NCBI GenBank assembly: GCA_051362555.1
Contig: CM120644.1
Span: forward strand, 1 to 43,534
Source: Lingula anatina
Lineage: Eukaryota > Animalia > Brachiopoda
Length of the DNA stretch: 43,534 bases
Direction: 5' to 3'
Shown here: one piece after another, positions 38,501-43,534 of the stretch
Layout: each line of letters begins with the position of its first letter
Position numbering within the stretch: the first letter of the stretch is position 1
Translations under genes and position numbers: made by a program
The notes under the pieces: generated by a model
Told to the model about the DNA's origin: nothing
Databases searched by the model: none
The model's input: the letters and a program-made list of their open reading frames with translations, nothing else

Positions 38501-41500
38501 AGCGCAGTCATCGGCGGCCAGGGCACACTCATCTACGTCGGCACACGCTGTGCCGTCGCCGGTGAAGCCAGCCAGGCAGGTGCAGGTGAAACTGCCCACG
38601 GTGTTGGCGCAGGTGGCATTCTCAGCGCAGTCATCGGCGGCCAGGGCACACTCATCTACGTCGGCACACGCTGTGCCGTCGCCGGTGAAGCCAGCCAGGC
38701 AGGTGCAGGTGAAACTGCCCACGGTGTTGGCGCAGGTGGCATTCTCAGCGCAGTCATCGGCGGCCAGGGCACACTCATCTACGTCGGCACACGCTGTGCC
38801 GTCGCCGGTGAAGCCAGCCAGGCAGGTGCAGGTGAAACTGCCCACGGTGTTGGCGCAGGTGGCATTCTCAGCGCAGTCATCGGCGGCCAGGGCACACTCA
38901 TCTACGTCGGCACACGCTGTGCCGTCGCCGGTGAAGCCAGCCAGGCAGGTGCAGGTGAAACTGCCCACGGTGTTGGCGCAGGTGGCATTCTCAGCGCAGT
39001 CATCGGCGGCCAGGGCACACTCATCTACGTCGGCACACGCTGTGCCGTCGCCGGTGAAGCCAGCCAGGCAGGTGCAGGTGAAACTGCCCACGGTGTTGGC
39101 GCAGGTGGCATTCTCAGCGCAGTCATCGGCGGCCAGGGCACACTCATCTACGTCGGCACACGCTGTGCCGTCGCCGGTGAAGCCAGCCAGGCAGGTGCAG
39201 GTGAAACTGCCCACGGTGTTGGCGCAGGTGGCATTCTCAGCGCAGTCATCGGCGGCCAGGGCACACTCATCTACGTCGGCACACGCTGTGCCGTCGCCGG
39301 TGAAGCCAGCCAGGCAGGTGCAGGTGAAACTGCCCACGGTGTTGGCGCAGGTGGCATTCTCAGCGCAGTCATCGGCGGCCAGGGCACACTCATCTACGTC
39401 GGCACACGCTGTGCCGTCGCCGGTGAAGCCAGCCAGGCAGGTGCAGGTGAAACTGCCCACGGTGTTGGCGCAGGTGGCATTCTCAGCGCAGTCATCGGCG
39501 GCCAGGGCACACTCATCTACGTCGGCACACGCTGTGCCGTCGCCGGTGAAGCCAGCCAGGCAGGTGCAGGTGAAACTGCCCACGGTGTTGGCGCAGGTGG
39601 CATTCTCAGCGCAGTCATCGGCGGCCAGGGCACACTCATCTACGTCGGCACACGCTGTGCCGTCGCCGGTGAAGCCAGCCAGGCAGGTGCAGGTGAAACT
39701 GCCCACGGTGTTGGCGCAGGTGGCATTCTCAGCGCAGTCATCGGCGGCCAGGGCACACTCATCTACGTCGGCACACGCTGTGCCGTCGCCGGTGAAGCCA
39801 GCCAGGCAGGTGCAGGTGAAACTGCCCACGGTGTTGGCGCAGGTGGCATTCTCAGCGCAGTCATCGGCGGCCAGGGCACACTCATCTACGTCGGCACACG
39901 CTGTGCCGTCGCCGGTGAAGCCAGCCAGGCAGGTGCAGGTGAAACTGCCCACGGTGTTGGCGCAGGTGGCATTCTCAGCGCAGTCATCGGCGGCCAGGGC
40001 ACACTCATCTACGTCGGCACACGCTGTGCCGTCGCCGGTGAAGCCAGCCAGGCAGGTGCAGGTGAAACTGCCCACGGTGTTGGCGCAGGTGGCATTCTCA
40101 GCGCAGTCATCGGCGGCCAGGGCACACTCATCTACGTCGGCACACGCTGTGCCGTCGCCGGTGAAGCCAGCCAGGCAGGTGCAGGTGAAACTGCCCACGG
40201 TGTTGGCGCAGGTGGCATTCTCAGCGCAGTCATCGGCGGCCAGGGCACACTCATCTACGTCGGCACACGCTGTGCCGTCGCCGGTGAAGCCAGCCAGGCA
40301 GGTGCAGGTGAAACTGCCCACGGTGTTGGCGCAGGTGGCATTCTCAGCGCAGTCATCGGCGGCCAGGGCACACTCATCTACGTCGGCACACGCTGTGCCG
40401 TCGCCGGTGAAGCCAGCCAGGCAGGTGCAGGTGAAACTGCCCACGGTGTTGGCGCAGGTGGCATTCTCAGCGCAGTCATCGGCGGCCAGGGCACACTCAT
40501 CTACGTCGGCACACGCTGTGCCGTCGCCGGTGAAGCCAGCCAGGCAGGTGCAGGTGAAACTGCCCACGGTGTTGGCGCAGGTGGCATTCTCAGCGCAGTC
40601 ATCGGCGGCCAGGGCACACTCATCTACGTACGGCACACGCTGTGCCGTCGCCCGGTGAAGCCAGCCAGGCAGGTGCAGGTGAAACTGCCCACGGTGTTGG
40701 CGCAGGTGGCATTCTCAGCGCAGATCATCGGCGGCCAGGGCACACTCATCTACGTCGGCACACGCTGTGCCGTCGCCGGTGAAGCCAGCCAGGCAGGTGC
40801 AGGTGAAACTGCCCCACGGTGTTGGCGCAGGTGGCATTCTCAGCGCAGTCATCGGCGGCCAGGGCACATCTACGTCGGCACACGCTGTGCCGTCGCCGGT
40901 GAAGCCAGCCAGGCAGGTGCAGGTGAAACTGCCCACGGTGTTGGCGCAGGTGGCATTCTCAGCGCAGTCATCGGCGGCCAGGGCACACTCATCTACGTCG
41001 GCACACGCTGTGCCGTCGCCGGTGAAGCCAGCCAGGCAGGTGCAGGTGAAACTGCCCACGGTGTTGGCGCAGGTGGCATTCTCAGCGCAGTCATCGGCGG
41101 CCAGGGCACACTCATCTACGTCGGCACACGCTGTGCCGTCGCCGGTGAAGCCAGCCAGGCAGGTGCAGGTGAAACTGCCCACGGTGTTGGCGCAGGTGGC
41201 ATTCTCAGCGCAGTCATCGGCGGCCAGGGCACACTCATCTACGTCGGCACACGCTGTGCCGTCGCCGGTGAAGCCAGCCAGGCAGGTGCAGGTGAAACTG
41301 CCCACGGTGTTGGCGCAGGTGGCATTCTCAGCGCAGTCATCGGCGGCCAGGGCACACTCATCTACGTCGGCACACGCTGTGCCGTCGCCGGTGAAGCCAG
41401 CCAGGCAGGTGCAGGTGAAACTGCCCACGGTGTTGGCGCAGGTGGCATTCTCAGCGCAGTCATCGGCGGCCAGGGCACACTCATCTACGTCGGCACACGC

Positions 41501-43534
41501 TGTGCCGTCGCCGGTGAAGCCAGCCAGGCAGGTGCAGGTGAAACTGCCCACGGTGTTGGCGCAGGTGGCATTCTCAGCGCAGTCATCGGCGGCCAGGGCA
41601 CACTCATCTACGTCGGCACACGCTGTGCCGTCGCCGGTGAAGCCAGCCAGGCAGGTGCAGGTGAAACTGCCCACGGTGTTGGCGCAGGTGGCATTCTCAG
41701 CGCAGTCATCGGCGGCCAGGGCACACTCATCTACGTCGGCACACGCTGTGCCGTCGCCGGTGAAGCCAGCCAGGCAGGTGCAGGTGAAACTGCCCACGGT
41801 GTTGGCGCAGGTGGCATTCTCAAGCGCAGTCATCGGCGGCCAGGGCACACTCATCTACGTCGGCACACACGCTGTGCCGTCGCCGGTGAAGCCAGCCAGG
41901 CAGGTGCAGGTGAAACTGCCCACGGTGTTGGCGCAGGTGGCATTCTCAGCGCAGTCATCGGCGGCCAGGGCACACTCATCTACGTCGGCACACGCTGTGC
42001 CGTCGCCGGTGAAGCCAGCCAGGCAGGTGCAGGTGAAACTGCCCACGGTGTTGGCGCAGGTGGCATTCTCAGCGCAGTCATCGGCGGCCAGGGCACACTC
42101 ATCTACGTCGGCACACGCTGTGCCGTCGCGGTGAAGCCAGCCAGGCAGGTGCAGGTGAAACTGCCCACGGTGTTGGCGCAGGTGGCATTCTCAGCGCAGT
42201 CATCGGCGGCCAGGGCACACTCATCTACGTCGGCACACGCTGTGCCGTCGCCGGTGAAGCCAGCCAGGCAGGTGCAGGTGAAACTGCCCACGGTGTTGGC
42301 GCAGGTGGCATTCTCAGCGCAGTCAATCGGCGGCCAGGGCACACTCATCTACGTCGGCACACGCTGTGCCGTCGCCGGTGAAGCCAGCCAGGCAGGTGCA
42401 GGTGAAACTGCCCACGGTGTTGGCGCAGGTGGCATTCTCAGCGCAGTCATCGGCGGCCAGGGACTCATCTACGTCGGCACACGCTGTGCCGTCGCCGGTG
42501 AAGCCAGCCAGGCAGGTGCAGGTGAAAACTGCCCACGGTGTTGGCGCAGGTGGCATTCTCAGCGCAGTCATCGGCGGCCAGGGCACACTCATCTACGTCG
42601 GCACACGCTGTGCCGTCGCCGGTGAAGCCAGCCAGGCAGGTGCAGGTGAAACTGCCCACGGTGTTGGCGCAGGTGGCATTCTCAGCGCAGTCATCGGCGG
42701 CCAGGGCACACTCATCTACGTCGGCACACGCTGTGCCGTCGCCGGTGAAGCCAGCCAGGCAGGTGCAGGTGAAACTGCCCACGGTGTTGGCGCAGGTGGC
42801 ATTCTCAGCGCAGTCATCGGCGGCCAGGGCACACTCATCTACGTCGGCACACGCTGTGCCGTCGCCGGTGAAGCCAGCCAGGCAGGTGCAGGTGAAACTG
42901 CCCACGGTGTTGGCGCAGGTGGCATTCTCAGCGCAGTCATCGGCGGCCAGGGCACACTCATCTACGTCGGCACACGCTGTGCCGTCGCCGGTGAAGCCAG
43001 CCAGGCAGGTGCAGGTGAAACTGCCCACGGTGTTGGCGCAGGTGGCATTCTCAGCGCAGTCATCGGCGGCCAGGGCACACTCATCTACGTCGGCACACGC
43101 TGTGCCGTCGCCGGTGAAAGCCAGCCAGGCAGGTGCAGGTGAAACTGCCCACGGTGTTGGCGCAGGTGGCATTCTCAGCGCAGTCATCGGCGGCCAGGGC
43201 ACACTCATCTACGTCGGCACACGCTGTGCCGTCGCCGGTGAAGCCAGCCAGGCAGGTGCAGGTGAAACTGCCCACGGTGTTGGCGCAGGTGGCATTCTCA
43301 GCGCAGTCATCGGCGGCCAGGGCACACTCATCTACGTCGGCACACGCTGTGCCGTCGCCGGTGAAGCCAGCCAGGCAGGTGCAGGTGAAACTGCCCACGG
43401 TGTTGGCGCAGGTGGCATTCTCAGCGCAGTCATCGGCGGCCAGGGCACACTCATCTACGTCGGCACACGCTGTGCCGTCGCCGGTGAAGCCAGCCAGGCA
43501 GGTGCAGGTGAAACTGCCCACGGTGTTGGCGCAG
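29551..43534 (-). CDS. Giant single exon encoding >=113 tandem calcium-binding EGF-like domains (partial, continues beyond the window)
   Basis: 41-aa unit [41 protein letters not shown] with six EGF cysteines, the DxDEC Ca2+ motif and CxNxxGSFxC. About 90 units are in one frame (29551-~40629), and scattered indels occur beyond that. Ends ...TICSDIR A|gtaggt, a phase-1 donor matching the next exon. Confidence 0.9.
29571..43534. repeat. 123-bp coding tandem repeat, ~113.5 copies, ~66% GC
   Basis: Exact 123-bp periodicity. I saw no substitution between units, only indels after 40629. The unit has 81/123 G+C and 11 CpG by hand count. Confidence 0.99.

Noticed and set aside
29571-40658. 3695-aa plus-strand ORF ([11 protein letters not shown]...) and the related plus-strand ORFs to 43142
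   Set aside because: Antisense shadow of a GC-rich 123-bp unit with no stop in that frame. It has no domain signature or splice context, unlike the minus-strand EGF frame.

Overview
This is a chromosome end from an animal, probably an invertebrate, judging by the TTAGGG telomere, spliceosomal introns and cbEGF/C-type lectin domains. Bases 1-17900 are an almost pure (CCCTAA)n telomere with a short proximal zone of CCCTAG variants. About 8 kb of AT-rich subtelomere follows. It holds a probable solo LTR, a decayed L1/Tx1 endonuclease, a PIF/Harbinger-like MITE and a 39-bp minisatellite with higher-order structure. The rest is the 3' part of one minus-strand gene transcribed toward the telomere. 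One intron-free exon of at least 14 kb (29551 to the window end) encodes at least 113 tandem 41-aa calcium-binding EGF domains, of which about 90 are in one frame and identical in nucleotide sequence. Phase-compatible GT-AG introns splice it to a two-exon long-form C-type lectin domain and probably a short basic last exon. The introns carry a Kolobok-like MITE and a 58-bp minisatellite whose unit contains a MITE terminal repeat. The giant homogenised EGF-array/lectin gene is the main finding. Its 5' end and true repeat number lie outside the window.
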